DNA of 49,191 nucleotides, taken from NCBI GenBank assembly GCA_964435235.1, contig CAYSXZ010000032.1:1-49191 (forward strand), in the 5' to 3' direction. The stretch is from Candidatus Micrarchaeota archaeon (GTDB taxonomy: Archaea; Micrarchaeota; Micrarchaeia; Anstonellales; Bilamarchaeaceae). The position numbers and the translations under genes are program-made. This document shows positions 10,129-19,537 of this stretch, in pieces (positions within the stretch are counted from its first letter, which is position 1; every line of letters starts with the position of its first letter). The notes under the pieces are model-generated. The model searched no databases. It worked only from the letters and a program-made list of their open reading frames with translations, and was not told the DNA's origin.

Positions 10129-10193
10129 AATAGAGACAAGCACTTACAACACCATATACAAGTATTTAAAATAATTCAACGAGAATTAATTGT

Positions 10194-11459
10194 ATGTTTG
10201 AAATCTTTTTCATATTAGGCCTTACAATACTCATCGGCTTTGCAGCTACGTCCCTTTTCGAAAGAACGCGCATTTCAGAAGTTATCATACTCATGCTTTT
10301 CGGTTTTTTACTTGGACCGATATTTCATATAGTAGATGCATCTCCTGGTTCTGTCATCGTGTCGATACTCCCGTTTATCGCCACCCTTGCCCTGATAGTC
10401 CTTCTGTTCGATGGTGGCATGACTATCGATGTATTTGCAGTCGCACGTTCCATACGAAGAAGCACGGTATTCACTATAACCGTTTTCATCATAACTGTAA
10501 TACTCGTATCCATATTCGCAACGCTTTTGCTCGGCTGGCCGTTTCTAAATGGAGTTCTCCTCGGTGCGATCATAGGCGGAACAAGTTCCGCAATCGTAAT
10601 AGCGATGGTAGAAAGGATAAATATCTCAAAAGACATCAAATCCCTTCTTATAATAGAATCCACGATCACGGACGCATTATGCATAATCACTGCAGGAATA
10701 GTGATTCAGCTCATCGTTGCGCACCAGACCCCTGAAGCTGGTGCTGTCGTAAATCTTTTGCTTTCGTCTTTTACCATAGCGTTGCTTCTTGGCGTAGTTT
10801 GCGCTGCAGCATGGATTACACTGATGAAAAAATTCTCAACTGTAAAATATGCGTACATGCTTACACTCGCAGCAGTATTCGGCCTTTATGCAGTGACAGA
10901 GGCGATAAAGAGCAATGGTGGTTTTGCCGTCTTCATTTTTGGCCTCGTGCTTGGAAATGCGCGAGAGATAGGAAGTATCTTTGGGATGAAACTTGAGGCA
11001 CCTTTGGCCCAGATAATTCATATCTTCCAGGAGGAGATAACATTCTTCATAAGGACATTCTTTTTCGTTTACATAGGTCTTCTCATTTCACCTGCATATT
11101 TTAACCTTGGTACCATTGTAGTTTCCATTGCGCTTCTCCTCCTGCTCGTAGCATCGAGATGGCTTGCGCAAAAGGCTCTTCTTACAGACATCTCCGTGCG
11201 GGAGCGCAATATTGTAATCGCTATACTACCAAGGGGGCTTGCCGCCGCAGTACTTGCAACAATACCGCTTGCTAACGGGATAGCCATTCCAAGCTTCCAG
11301 GAACTTGTTTTTGGCCTAATATTTCTCTCTAACATTGTTGCGACTGCAGGCATATTTATGTTTGATAAAAAAGAAAAAAAAGAAACTGAGAAGGAAACTA
11401 AACCCCAAGCTCCTGAAACTGAAGAACAAATATCACAGCAAGATAAAGGCAGTACATGA
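10194..11459 (+). CDS. Cation:proton antiporter (CPA1/NhaP type)
   Basis: Many hydrophobic helices, LLFDGG, ESTITD, PRGLAAAVLA. Confidence 0.9.
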   Translation: MFEIFFILGLTILIGFAATSLFERTRISEVIILMLFGFLLGPIFHIVDASPGSVIVSILPFIATLALIVLLFDGGMTIDVFAVARSIRRSTVFTITVFIITVILVSIFATLLLGWPFLNGVLLGAIIGGTSSAIVIAMVERINISKDIKSLLIIESTITDALCIITAGIVIQLIVAHQTPEAGAVVNLLLSSFTIALLLGVVCAAAWITLMKKFSTVKYAYMLTLAAVFGLYAVTEAIKSNGGFAVFIFGLVLGNAREIGSIFGMKLEAPLAQIIHIFQEEITFFIRTFFFVYIGLLISPAYFNLGTIVVSIALLLLLVASRWLAQKALLTDISVRERNIVIAILPRGLAAAVLATIPLANGIAIPSFQELVFGLIFLSNIVATAGIFMFDKKEKKETEKETKPQAPETEEQISQQDKGST

Positions 11460-11540
11460 GCAAGAAAAAAAGTACCTTGTGCCCATTACAATTGTATTTT
11501 TCATATGTTTGTGAAAAAAGTAAACATATATGATTTAAAT

Positions 11541-12152
11541 TCAATCTTCGGGAAATTTAGTAAGATCTATAATTCCTACTCCTTTTCTTACTATTTTCTT
11601 TCTAACTAGGTCGACAACATCTGACGATTTTTTATATCTTGTAGGACCACAATCCACAGCGAGATCTGCAGCATTGAGTATTTCATTGGTTATTTCATTG
11701 AAAGAAACTGGTGGAGGCTCTCCTGTTTTATTTGCGCTTGTGCTTACTATGGGTTTCCCTACTTCCTCATTAAGCCTATTGCAGAAATCTGATTCCGGAA
11801 TTCTTACCCCAAGCGTTCCATCAAAACTTACGGGAAGAGGTTTGCGCATTTTGAGGATGAACGCAAATGGACCGGGAAGGTATCTTTTTAGTATGACCTC
11901 TTCCCAGAGCCCGATCTCACAATATTCATCTATCATGTTAATATCAGCCATCATAACAAGAAGCGATTTATCTGGACTAAGCCCCTTTATTTTTCTTATT
12001 TTGGCGACCACATCGGCCTTAGTTGCGTCACATCCTATCCCGTAAACAGTATCAGTTGGATATATCAGTATCTTGCCGTTTAGAACAGCATCCCTAGCGC
12101 GGTATAGTGCTTGGTCTACATCCCCGCCGCTATATCTTATTACCTCAACCAC
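11541..12152 (-). CDS. tsaC: L-threonylcarbamoyladenylate synthase, short TsaC/YrdC form
   Basis: YPTDTVYGIGC, PGP, GVRIP, STSAN. No C-terminal SUA5 domain. Confidence 0.88.
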   Translation of the reverse strand: MVEVIRYSGGDVDQALYRARDAVLNGKILIYPTDTVYGIGCDATKADVVAKIRKIKGLSPDKSLLVMMADINMIDEYCEIGLWEEVILKRYLPGPFAFILKMRKPLPVSFDGTLGVRIPESDFCNRLNEEVGKPIVSTSANKTGEPPPVSFNEITNEILNAADLAVDCGPTRYKKSSDVVDLVRKKIVRKGVGIIDLTKFPED

Positions 12153-13703
12153 CTATATCCCCGCCGTTTCTTTAATTCTTCCTACGCCTATCGCGTGTAT
12201 CATCCTTCCAAGGCGTGGTCCAGACTCCTTTCCTATTAACCATTTATAAATATCTTTAAAGATATCTTTTGCTTCCATTTCTTTTTCATCTGCTACTATA
12301 AATACAGTGTTGTGTATCTCCTCAGCGTTCATGTCTAGCGTAAGTTTTGAGAGGAAATATCTTACGATATCATTAGGCTTTTCCTTCATGCTTATCTCAA
12401 ACATGTATCTATCAGGTACCAACCCCCTTTCCATCCAAATTGTCAAGTATGGTTTTAGGAGTTGCGTTCCTTTCGGATCATCTATGAGTTCTCCAACCTT
12501 TTTCCAATCCTTGTATATGTTGTAATACAAAACCATATCTGCGACATCAGCCTTCCATATTCTCTTCACATTGCAAAGCTCAAAGGCTATCATCTTCTTG
12601 TGGTCTGCCCGACTCATCGTTTGGGCTTGCTCGGCAGCAATGCCTGCATTGCGTGCTTTGGATATCCTCTGGAATTCGTCCAGTATCGGGAAGAGCGTTT
12701 CCTTATCTATCACGAGTTCTTTATCTTCTTGGATATCTGGCTTGAAGAGGATGTATTTTATTAATTCTGGTGGCGCTAGTGTGAGGAGCTCATTGACAGT
12801 ATGGCCGATACCCTTGCTCTTGCTGTACTTCTTGCCATGGTATTTCAAAAGTCCGAATTTATACATATAAGGCGGTTCTTCGTTGTATATCTTTCTATGG
12901 ATCTCGATAAGCGTTGCTATCGTCCCGCCAGGGCTATGATGATCAATGCTTCCCCCCTCAACAACAACCTTGAGGAATTTTTGTCTTGTTGGCCAATCCA
13001 ATCTAAAAAGGAGTTTATAGTGATGATTGCTTATCTTATCTTCTCCGACATAACCGCACTTACTGCATCTGTAGCGGTATCGTCCTTCTTTGTATTCCAA
13101 AATGACGTTCTTATCTATGTTCTTGCATCTCTCGCACAGCGGTAATATAGGAAACCAATCAGCAGGCATCTCGCTGCGAAGGGAGCTTTCTTGGACCACC
13201 TTCTTTACCTCATCCTTCCTCTCGCATAGTAGGACAGCATACTTATCGTATTTTCCGCTTGCGTAAAGCTCGCTCGCTCTTAAAAATTTTGGTTTTACTC
13301 CGAATATCTTCATTATCTCCTTCGTCTCTGCTATGAAATGGTCGGCGAAACTCTTATGACAGCCTTTCGGGTCTCGAGCTATGGAGAGCGGCATCCCCAT
13401 GTCCTCATTTATTATCCCTGCATAATCCTTAAGCGGTTCTGGAACAGAATCGAGCGCATCGAAATCGTCAGATACGAATACGTAGTTAGTCTTACCATAT
13501 TTCTTCAGCTGCTGGCTTATTGCATGGGCGTAGAGAAACTCACAAAGCGTTCCTGGATGGACCGGTCCGCTTGGTGTTATCCCAGCCGCTACAACAAATG
13601 GCGGCTTCTTCTTCTCGCTTATTTTTTTTGCGATTATCTCAGACCAGTGCATGTTCTTTATGTCTTCTTTTTCCTTAGCATCCATGCTCGGATTAGCATA
13701 CAT
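12153..13703 (-). CDS. lysS: Class I lysyl-tRNA synthetase
   Basis: GITPSGPVHPGT (HIGH variant), KYSKSKG (KMSKS variant), zinc knuckles, C-terminal GPRLG. Confidence 0.93.
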   Translation of the reverse strand: MYANPSMDAKEKEDIKNMHWSEIIAKKISEKKKPPFVVAAGITPSGPVHPGTLCEFLYAHAISQQLKKYGKTNYVFVSDDFDALDSVPEPLKDYAGIINEDMGMPLSIARDPKGCHKSFADHFIAETKEIMKIFGVKPKFLRASELYASGKYDKYAVLLCERKDEVKKVVQESSLRSEMPADWFPILPLCERCKNIDKNVILEYKEGRYRYRCSKCGYVGEDKISNHHYKLLFRLDWPTRQKFLKVVVEGGSIDHHSPGGTIATLIEIHRKIYNEEPPYMYKFGLLKYHGKKYSKSKGIGHTVNELLTLAPPELIKYILFKPDIQEDKELVIDKETLFPILDEFQRISKARNAGIAAEQAQTMSRADHKKMIAFELCNVKRIWKADVADMVLYYNIYKDWKKVGELIDDPKGTQLLKPYLTIWMERGLVPDRYMFEISMKEKPNDIVRYFLSKLTLDMNAEEIHNTVFIVADEKEMEAKDIFKDIYKWLIGKESGPRLGRMIHAIGVGRIKETAGI

Positions 13704-13754
13704 ACATTTTTAAAAATGTTAATGAAGAGGATAAATAAAAAAGAGGTTGATGAT

Positions 13755-14066
13755 ATGGCGGAAGAAAAAACAGAAGCAAAAACAACAGAGGGAAAGGATA
13801 CGACCTTAGCACTTTTAGCTTACGTGCTTACGTGGATTTCCGGTCTTATAGTGTTCGTTATAGCAAAAGATAAATTCGCCAAATTCCACGGAATGCAAGC
13901 CATACTACTTGGTGTCTTGGGGTACGCTTTAGCTCTTGTGACACTTGGAATCGGCCTATTTCTAGTTTGGCTTTATTGCCTCTATATTGGAATCGTACAT
14001 GCCTATAAGGGCGAGATGTACAAGGTTCCGTATATAGGAGAATACGCTGAAAAATACGCAAGCTAA
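13755..14066 (+). CDS. Small membrane protein, DUF4870-like
   Basis: ATG 13755 follows a GAGGT RBS. LAY...KFHGMQAI...AYKGEMYKVPYIGEYAEK pattern. Confidence 0.75.
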   Translation: MAEEKTEAKTTEGKDTTLALLAYVLTWISGLIVFVIAKDKFAKFHGMQAILLGVLGYALALVTLGIGLFLVWLYCLYIGIVHAYKGEMYKVPYIGEYAEKYAS

Positions 14067-14094
14067 ATAGAATCTTTTTTCTTTTTCTGATTTT

Positions 14095-14580
14095 ATGATA
14101 ATCCCAGAAAGGATAAAGAAACAACTCAGAAAACCTCTTGGCAAGGTTCACAAAGATATCTCTTTCTTGAAAAGAACAAAAAAAAGGATAATATCAATAG
14201 GAGACGAGTCGACAGCAAATATTCTCTCGCTTGGAATAAAACCGCATCTCGCTGTTTTCGATTTAAAAATAATGCGAAAGAAAGTAAGCAAGAAAATTCG
14301 TGAGCTTTTCCTATCTTCTTTTAGAAGGATAAAACGATATAAAAATAAAAAGGGCACGCTATCGGAGAAGCTTCTAAGGGATTCCCCTTACCTACTGAGA
14401 GATGGCGGTGCCATATTTATAGACGGAGAGGAGGACCTAACAGCCATCGCATTTATGCTTAAAGGAGGAAAAAGAGATATTATCGTATATGGGCAGCCGC
14501 GGAGAGGGATGGTTATTGTCGAACCTAAAAAGGTAAAAGTCAAAATAAAAAAGATCCTTGGTTTTGTTTTAGCTACCTGA
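14095..14580 (+). CDS. GTP-dependent dephospho-CoA kinase family (DUF359)
   Basis: LRKPLG, SIGD, IDGEEDL, VYGQP..G. Confidence 0.85.
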   Translation: MIIPERIKKQLRKPLGKVHKDISFLKRTKKRIISIGDESTANILSLGIKPHLAVFDLKIMRKKVSKKIRELFLSSFRRIKRYKNKKGTLSEKLLRDSPYLLRDGGAIFIDGEEDLTAIAFMLKGGKRDIIVYGQPRRGMVIVEPKKVKVKIKKILGFVLAT

Positions 14581-14748
14581 GCCCTTTGTCATGAAATATA
14601 TGGAAATGCCAGCGCATACAGTGAGTACGACACCAAGTATTATCAACATATCCTGTTCAAGTGATACTAAGGTGCTGATAAGATAGGTCGCCCCTACCCC
14701 TATTAGCAATCCCCCTATGATCGCAGCTGCTTTCTGAAGGCCGCCCAT
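14569..14748 (-). CDS. 59-aa two-TM membrane protein (below the ORF-track size cutoff)
   Basis: MGGLQKAAAIIGGLLIGVGATYLISTLVSLEQDMLIILGVVLTVCAGISIYFMTKGSGS*. GGTGG RBS upstream; directly follows the PRC-barrel gene. Confidence 0.7.
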   Translation of the reverse strand: MGGLQKAAAIIGGLLIGVGATYLISTLVSLEQDMLIILGVVLTVCAGISIYFMTKGSGS

Positions 14749-14759
14749 CTTTCTTCCAC

Positions 14760-15023
14760 CTACTCTTCTTGTATTACACCTGGGGCAGTCGGACCTTTCA
14801 TAACTACTATAACGTCCTCAACTGACTTAACATTCTTGTACATTATACTTTTTTCCCTAAGTGCCTTTTTGATCTCTTCTCTTCCTCCTGGCATGGGTTC
14901 TGTTAATATTCTTAGAACCTCTCCTGTCTCGAAGTCAAGGATAAAATCCTGTACATTTCCCAGAAATTTTCCCGTGTCGGTGAAAATTTCCATTCCATAT
15001 AGTCTCGAGAGTTTAGTCGCCAT
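14760..15023 (-). CDS. PRC-barrel domain protein (CdpB-like)
   Basis: LSRLYGMEIFTDTGKFLGNVQDFILD...G...IMYKNVKSVEDVIVV. AGGTGA RBS. Confidence 0.85.
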   Translation of the reverse strand: MATKLSRLYGMEIFTDTGKFLGNVQDFILDFETGEVLRILTEPMPGGREEIKKALREKSIMYKNVKSVEDVIVVMKGPTAPGVIQEE

Positions 15024-15115
15024 GCTAATCACCTTAAAACCTATTCTTCACTTTTAATTATAAACCTTTCTGGTCTATTCTTCTACATTAAAATTCTGGG
15101 TTAGGTCGTGGTACT

Positions 15116-15556
15116 ATGGGGTTTATGGATTGGTTAACAGGAGAAAAAAAGAGCGAAGAAACGACAGAAATAACAGGAGGGAAGATTCTCTCAAAACCGT
15201 TTAAGATAGCTATGTCTTTTACACCACTAAGACTTAGTGCAAATCAGAAGAATTCGGTCAATCTAAATATTAAAGTAACAAATATAACCAAAGACCCTCA
15301 GCTCGTCTCCGTGGACATCCTTCTTCCAAAAGATGCTTTCATCGGCTTTGAACCGACCTGCATAAACAAGGCTATGGAAAAGAGGTTAGGAGAAATAAAA
15401 CCAGGAGAAACAGCAACAGCGGTTATCCCAATATGGGCAAACAATCAGACGAAACCAGGGATACATGAGATAGGTATAACTGTTTACGCTCATTATATAG
15501 GATATGACAAGGTCCTAAATTACATGAAGACTAAAACTGCTGTTAGGATTGTGTAA
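15116..15556 (+). CDS. Hypothetical protein with an Ig-like beta-sandwich and an N-terminal amphipathic helix
   Basis: MGFMDWLTG N-terminus. Alternating beta pattern and LGEIKPGE (CARDB-like). No signal peptide. Confidence 0.6.
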   Translation: MGFMDWLTGEKKSEETTEITGGKILSKPFKIAMSFTPLRLSANQKNSVNLNIKVTNITKDPQLVSVDILLPKDAFIGFEPTCINKAMEKRLGEIKPGETATAVIPIWANNQTKPGIHEIGITVYAHYIGYDKVLNYMKTKTAVRIV

Positions 15557-15572
15557 TCTAAAGATGCATGTT

Positions 15573-15830
15573 TTAGGATGAGAACGAGTTTATTACCTCT
15601 GAAAGTGCTGTTGCAACCTTCCCTCCCTTTTCAGTTAGTTTTACCATTCTTTTCTTTCCATTCTTCTCTATTGTAACGAATCCCCCTTCTTCGAGTTTTC
15701 TTAGTAATTTTGTTGTGTGGACATAGGTCGCCCCGCTTTCTCTCGCGATTTCAGTCATGTATCTAGGACCGGATTCTTTCAATAGAAGCATCATCTTACA
15801 CGGTTTAATTCTAAGAAAACTTTTCTGCAC
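15573..15830 (-). CDS. Winged helix-turn-helix transcriptional regulator (MarR-like)
   Basis: YMTEIARESGATYVHTTKLLRKLEEGGFV...VKLTEKG. Confidence 0.85.
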   Translation of the reverse strand: MQKSFLRIKPCKMMLLLKESGPRYMTEIARESGATYVHTTKLLRKLEEGGFVTIEKNGKKRMVKLTEKGGKVATALSEVINSFSS

Positions 15831-15834
15831 ACTC

Positions 15835-17730
15835 TCACCTCAACCTATACGCTTCAAGGTTAGCCATAGACCTCGCCTCTTTTCGTAAGAGGGCACCAGC
15901 TGACCTTGCAAAATCCTCTGTTTTATTCAGATCGCCGTGCATAGTAATTATGCGCTCTGGCGTTGGTCTTAGATTTTTAAGATAAGCCATGAGCTGCGCC
16001 CTGTCGCTGTGTCCGCTGAACCCTTCTGCAGTCGCGACGCGCATGTTTATTTTAAGTAGTTTTGTCTTTCCATCGTCTCCTATTATAGGTACTTCTTTCA
16101 TACCATTTTGTATTTTATGACCAAGCGAAAGGGAGCTCTGATAACCAACAAATATAAGAGTATTCTTTTCATCATCTGCCATCATCTTAAGATACTCGAA
16201 TGATGGACCACCAGCGAGCATTCCAGAAGGCGCAAGTATTATACTCGGTTCGCCATTGACTATAGATTCCTTATCTGTTCCCTTAGCAAGCTTTACCAAT
16301 GGATTTTCAAACGGACTTCTATCTGAGAGTATTCTTCTCTGTAATTGTTCCCTAAGATATTCTGGATATGCGGTATGTATTGCTGACGCCTCGAGCACCA
16401 TGCCATCTATATATATCGGAACCTGAAATTCCGGATGCCGTCTTGTGTACTCCTCAAGAACAAGGAGAATCTCTTGGCTTCTTCCGACAGCAAAAACAGG
16501 TATGAGAACCTTTCCCCTTTTTGCTATCGTCTCCTCTATTATTTTTGTGAGTTGCATCTCACTCTCATATCTATTTACTGAGATATCGTTTCTTCCACCA
16601 TATGTGCTTTCGATAATAAGAGTCTCGAGCCTTGGAAACCTAATATTTGCTGGGTCAAAAAGCTTTGTAAAACCAAACTTAAGGTCTCCGGTGTAAACTA
16701 GGTTATGCATCCCTTCTCCTATGTGAAGATGCACTGATGCGCTGCCTATTATATGCCCTGCATTGTAGAGGGTCATCTTTATTTCGGGGGTTATATCAAC
16801 AACCTCTCCGTAATCTACAGGTATGATATGCTTTAGCTCGTTATGGATATCCTTTTTCGAATAGAGCGGTTCTATATTCAGCGATTTTTTGCAGAGATTT
16901 ATATAATCCTGTTGTAATAGGACCATAAGTTCTCTAGTTGGGGGAGTACAGTAAACTGGTCCATCATAGCCATACGCAAAAAGATATGGAAGAAAACCCA
17001 TGTGGTCCATATGTGCATGGCTTATGACAACGGCATCTAACTCGCTCATAGAAAATCCAAGCATGTTTAGGTAAGGATATGCCTTAGTAGTGTCGCTGGT
17101 TGATGCATTGACCCCTACATCTATCAAGACCTTACTATTTTGTGTTTGTATGAGGAGGCACGAGCGCCCCACTTCTTTAAAACCACCAAGGCCAACTATT
17201 CTCAACCATTCACTCGTTGGTGCTGGCTGGCATATCTTCTTTCCTATCTCGATTAGGAATTTCTTTCTATCTTCTGCCTCTAATACATTTATCTTTCTCA
17301 CTCCCTCTATGGTGACAGAGGGCATGGTTGGAGCTCTTATTACAACAGGAGACCAGCCAGTTTTTTGCATTATCTCCTTTAGTACCGCACCGCCCTTTCC
17401 TATAGCAAGACCGGATTTGATTGCTTCTATATGAACTTCGCACATCTCAGGAACGAATGTTATGCTCCTTACTCCAGCTTCTTGAGGAATCAATCCTTCT
17501 ATTGTTTTTCTTGCGCTATCTATCGGTGCGAGAACAGAAGGGTCAGCACGTACTGTGATCTTTTTCTTTATTGCAGTTGCTAAGTCTTTTATCAGCGTGC
17601 TGTTCTTATAGAACGCATCTATATTTTTGAGATATACTACTATGGAAAGTCCTTCCGGTTCTATCTTTGTTGGCTCGCATTCCTTAGGTATCATCTCGCT
17701 TACTTTTTTTATAAGCTCTTTATAGTGCAA
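15835..17730 (-). CDS. fttA: Beta-CASP ribonuclease aCPSF1 / transcription termination factor FttA
   Basis: N-terminal KH domains (IGKGG), GGFKEVGRSC, SHAHMDH, AGHIIGS, FSGHSD. Conserved position downstream of psmB. Confidence 0.93.
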   Translation of the reverse strand: MHYKELIKKVSEMIPKECEPTKIEPEGLSIVVYLKNIDAFYKNSTLIKDLATAIKKKITVRADPSVLAPIDSARKTIEGLIPQEAGVRSITFVPEMCEVHIEAIKSGLAIGKGGAVLKEIMQKTGWSPVVIRAPTMPSVTIEGVRKINVLEAEDRKKFLIEIGKKICQPAPTSEWLRIVGLGGFKEVGRSCLLIQTQNSKVLIDVGVNASTSDTTKAYPYLNMLGFSMSELDAVVISHAHMDHMGFLPYLFAYGYDGPVYCTPPTRELMVLLQQDYINLCKKSLNIEPLYSKKDIHNELKHIIPVDYGEVVDITPEIKMTLYNAGHIIGSASVHLHIGEGMHNLVYTGDLKFGFTKLFDPANIRFPRLETLIIESTYGGRNDISVNRYESEMQLTKIIEETIAKRGKVLIPVFAVGRSQEILLVLEEYTRRHPEFQVPIYIDGMVLEASAIHTAYPEYLREQLQRRILSDRSPFENPLVKLAKGTDKESIVNGEPSIILAPSGMLAGGPSFEYLKMMADDEKNTLIFVGYQSSLSLGHKIQNGMKEVPIIGDDGKTKLLKINMRVATAEGFSGHSDRAQLMAYLKNLRPTPERIITMHGDLNKTEDFARSAGALLRKEARSMANLEAYRLR

Positions 17731-17792
17731 AAAAACACCCTTTATCTAACTATATATGCCTTGCAAAAATTCTCAAAAACAAAAAAAAGAAA

Positions 17793-18446
17793 TCACTTAA
17801 GTAATCTCTTGACGTCCTCCTTTCCAAGACGTCTGAATCCATTTTCATCAATAACCACTAAGTCTATGTTCTCTCCGCTTGCTGCATCTCTCTTTATAGC
17901 TGCCTGCACCGATCTCGCAGCGATAGAAAGATTTTCTTCTTCAGAAGCATTCTCCTTGTACAGCTCTTCCAGAACACCTAGGGCAATTGGGGAGCCACTG
18001 CCAGTTGCTGTCATCTTTTCTTCCGTAATACCGCCAAGCATATCAACGCTAAAAAGTCTAGGTCTACTGTCCACACCGCCGACTAAGAGCTGAACGAAAA
18101 ATGGATAGAATTTGTATTGCGAGAGTATCGTCGCTAAAAGGCTTGCTGCTGCTTCTACGGTCGGCTTTTTATCATTCTTAAGCTGGTATAATTTAAGTTC
18201 TGCTTTCATCCATTTTATCAAGGTTTGCGCATCACCAACACTGCCAGCAATGGTCATGGCTATATTGTCTGCAATGGGATATATCTTATCTATATCCTTA
18301 CTTGCTATCAGATATCCCATCGTTGCTCTTCTGTCAGAAGCAAGGACCACACCATTTTTGAATACAAGACCAACTGTCGTGGTTCCTGTTTTTCTAATCT
18401 GTTGCTGGTCTATTCCGTTATTTATATCATTGCTCATAGCTACCAC
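17793..18446 (-). CDS. psmB: 20S proteasome beta subunit
   Basis: Propeptide then KTG|TTTVG, ASDRRAT, AGSVGDAQ, TGSGS. Confidence 0.96.
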   Translation of the reverse strand: MVAMSNDINNGIDQQQIRKTGTTTVGLVFKNGVVLASDRRATMGYLIASKDIDKIYPIADNIAMTIAGSVGDAQTLIKWMKAELKLYQLKNDKKPTVEAAASLLATILSQYKFYPFFVQLLVGGVDSRPRLFSVDMLGGITEEKMTATGSGSPIALGVLEELYKENASEEENLSIAARSVQAAIKRDAASGENIDLVVIDENGFRRLGKEDVKRLLK

Positions 18447-18491
18447 ATTGGGAGAACAAGTAATGCTATTGTAAATAAGAATGTTTTTAAA

Positions 18492-19334
18492 TCATGGCTT
18501 TATGGTGCTGAATTGGGAAGCGAACGGAAGAAAAGCCAACGAAAGCAACCCAAAATAAACCATCAACCATAGTATTATAACTATAGCAATTGTTGCTATA
18601 AGCGGCATAAAGAGCGCAATAATCGCCTGCGGTGCGCCAACAGTATGCGCAATCCTTATCGCCTTGTATTGTAGATACAAACCGTATAATATTATCAGCG
18701 TTCTTACTGCTTCTGCAAATATATTAACGCATGGCACAAACCCTAGAAACACGAATGGTATAGTTGCAAAGGTTGCGGAAGCAACACTGAGCGCAACTAG
18801 ATAAGCGTGCGTGGTAAAATCTGCCTTTCCTCCGAGCAATTTTGCTGTTATATACTGAAGTGCTGATACAAAAAGCCATGAGAGTATAGGGGTTGCGAAG
18901 TATAACACTATAAGAAGGATTCCGATAATAATTAACCCTATTCCTACAACTAGCGGAAGTCCTGTTTTTAACATCGGTAATGTATAAATCAGCCCAATTA
19001 TTCCAAAATAACTGAATAGGAGCAAGAGGGAAATAAATCCAAGCAACAAAAAGATAAGGGATGCAACAAAAACATCCTTTGCCCCCCGCATAAGATTTTT
19101 ATTTTTTATCTCATCCGTAAGCGTTTTTGTTGGATGGAAAAAAACTTCTTTCCAAATCTTCAGCCTGTCGTAATTTACAGCTCTTACAATGCTGTCCGCG
19201 TACTCTTCAAGCGTATCCTGTAAATTTTTCTCTTTTGTTTTTTCTTTTTCCCCTACGGATTCTACTTTTTCCTCTGGTGCGGTTTTTTCTCCTTCTAAAA
19301 TTCTTTCCTTTTCTATTTTGCTCTTTTTTTGCAT
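18492..19334 (-). CDS. Yip1-family membrane protein
   Basis: VFFHPTKT, AKLLGGKADF, multiple TM helices, GIR/AIRIAH-like motif. Confidence 0.7.
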   Translation of the reverse strand: MQKKSKIEKERILEGEKTAPEEKVESVGEKEKTKEKNLQDTLEEYADSIVRAVNYDRLKIWKEVFFHPTKTLTDEIKNKNLMRGAKDVFVASLIFLLLGFISLLLLFSYFGIIGLIYTLPMLKTGLPLVVGIGLIIIGILLIVLYFATPILSWLFVSALQYITAKLLGGKADFTTHAYLVALSVASATFATIPFVFLGFVPCVNIFAEAVRTLIILYGLYLQYKAIRIAHTVGAPQAIIALFMPLIATIAIVIILWLMVYFGLLSLAFLPFASQFSTIKP

Positions 19335-19386
19335 GTTTCTTTTTATATCTTTAATCTTAAATCTCTTTTGTTTTTTGTAAAGTAAT

Positions 19387-19491
19387 AGTTTGTCGCATAA
19401 CTTTTAAGACAGCGGAAACTGTTTTGCCATGATACAACGGCTTAAAAGCCGTAGGTTTCCTGACATTCGCAAGGCAAAATAGCGACTAACT
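19387..19491. other. Intergenic nested inverted-repeat element with an IS200/IS605-end-like hairpin
   Basis: AGTTTGTCGC (19387-96) pairs with GCGACTAACT (19482-91) with 1 mismatch. TTTTGCC (19422-28) pairs with GGCAAAA (19473-79). Inner hairpin ACGGCT-TAAA-AGCCGT (19437-52) is followed by AGGTTTCCT. Confidence 0.5.
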
Positions 19492-19537
19492 TGTTACACC
19501 AAGGGCTTTTTAAACCTTTTCTAACATCAATTATAAC

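Noticed and set aside
11487-11531. Palindrome TACAATTGTA and inverted repeat ATATGTTT/AAACATAT between convergent genes
   Set aside because: Short and AT-rich. It is plausibly a terminator region or chance, so no specific call is supportable.
13338-13754. Long N-terminal extension of the DUF4870-like ORF
   Set aside because: It overlaps lysS on the opposite strand. The better start is ATG 13755, which has an RBS.
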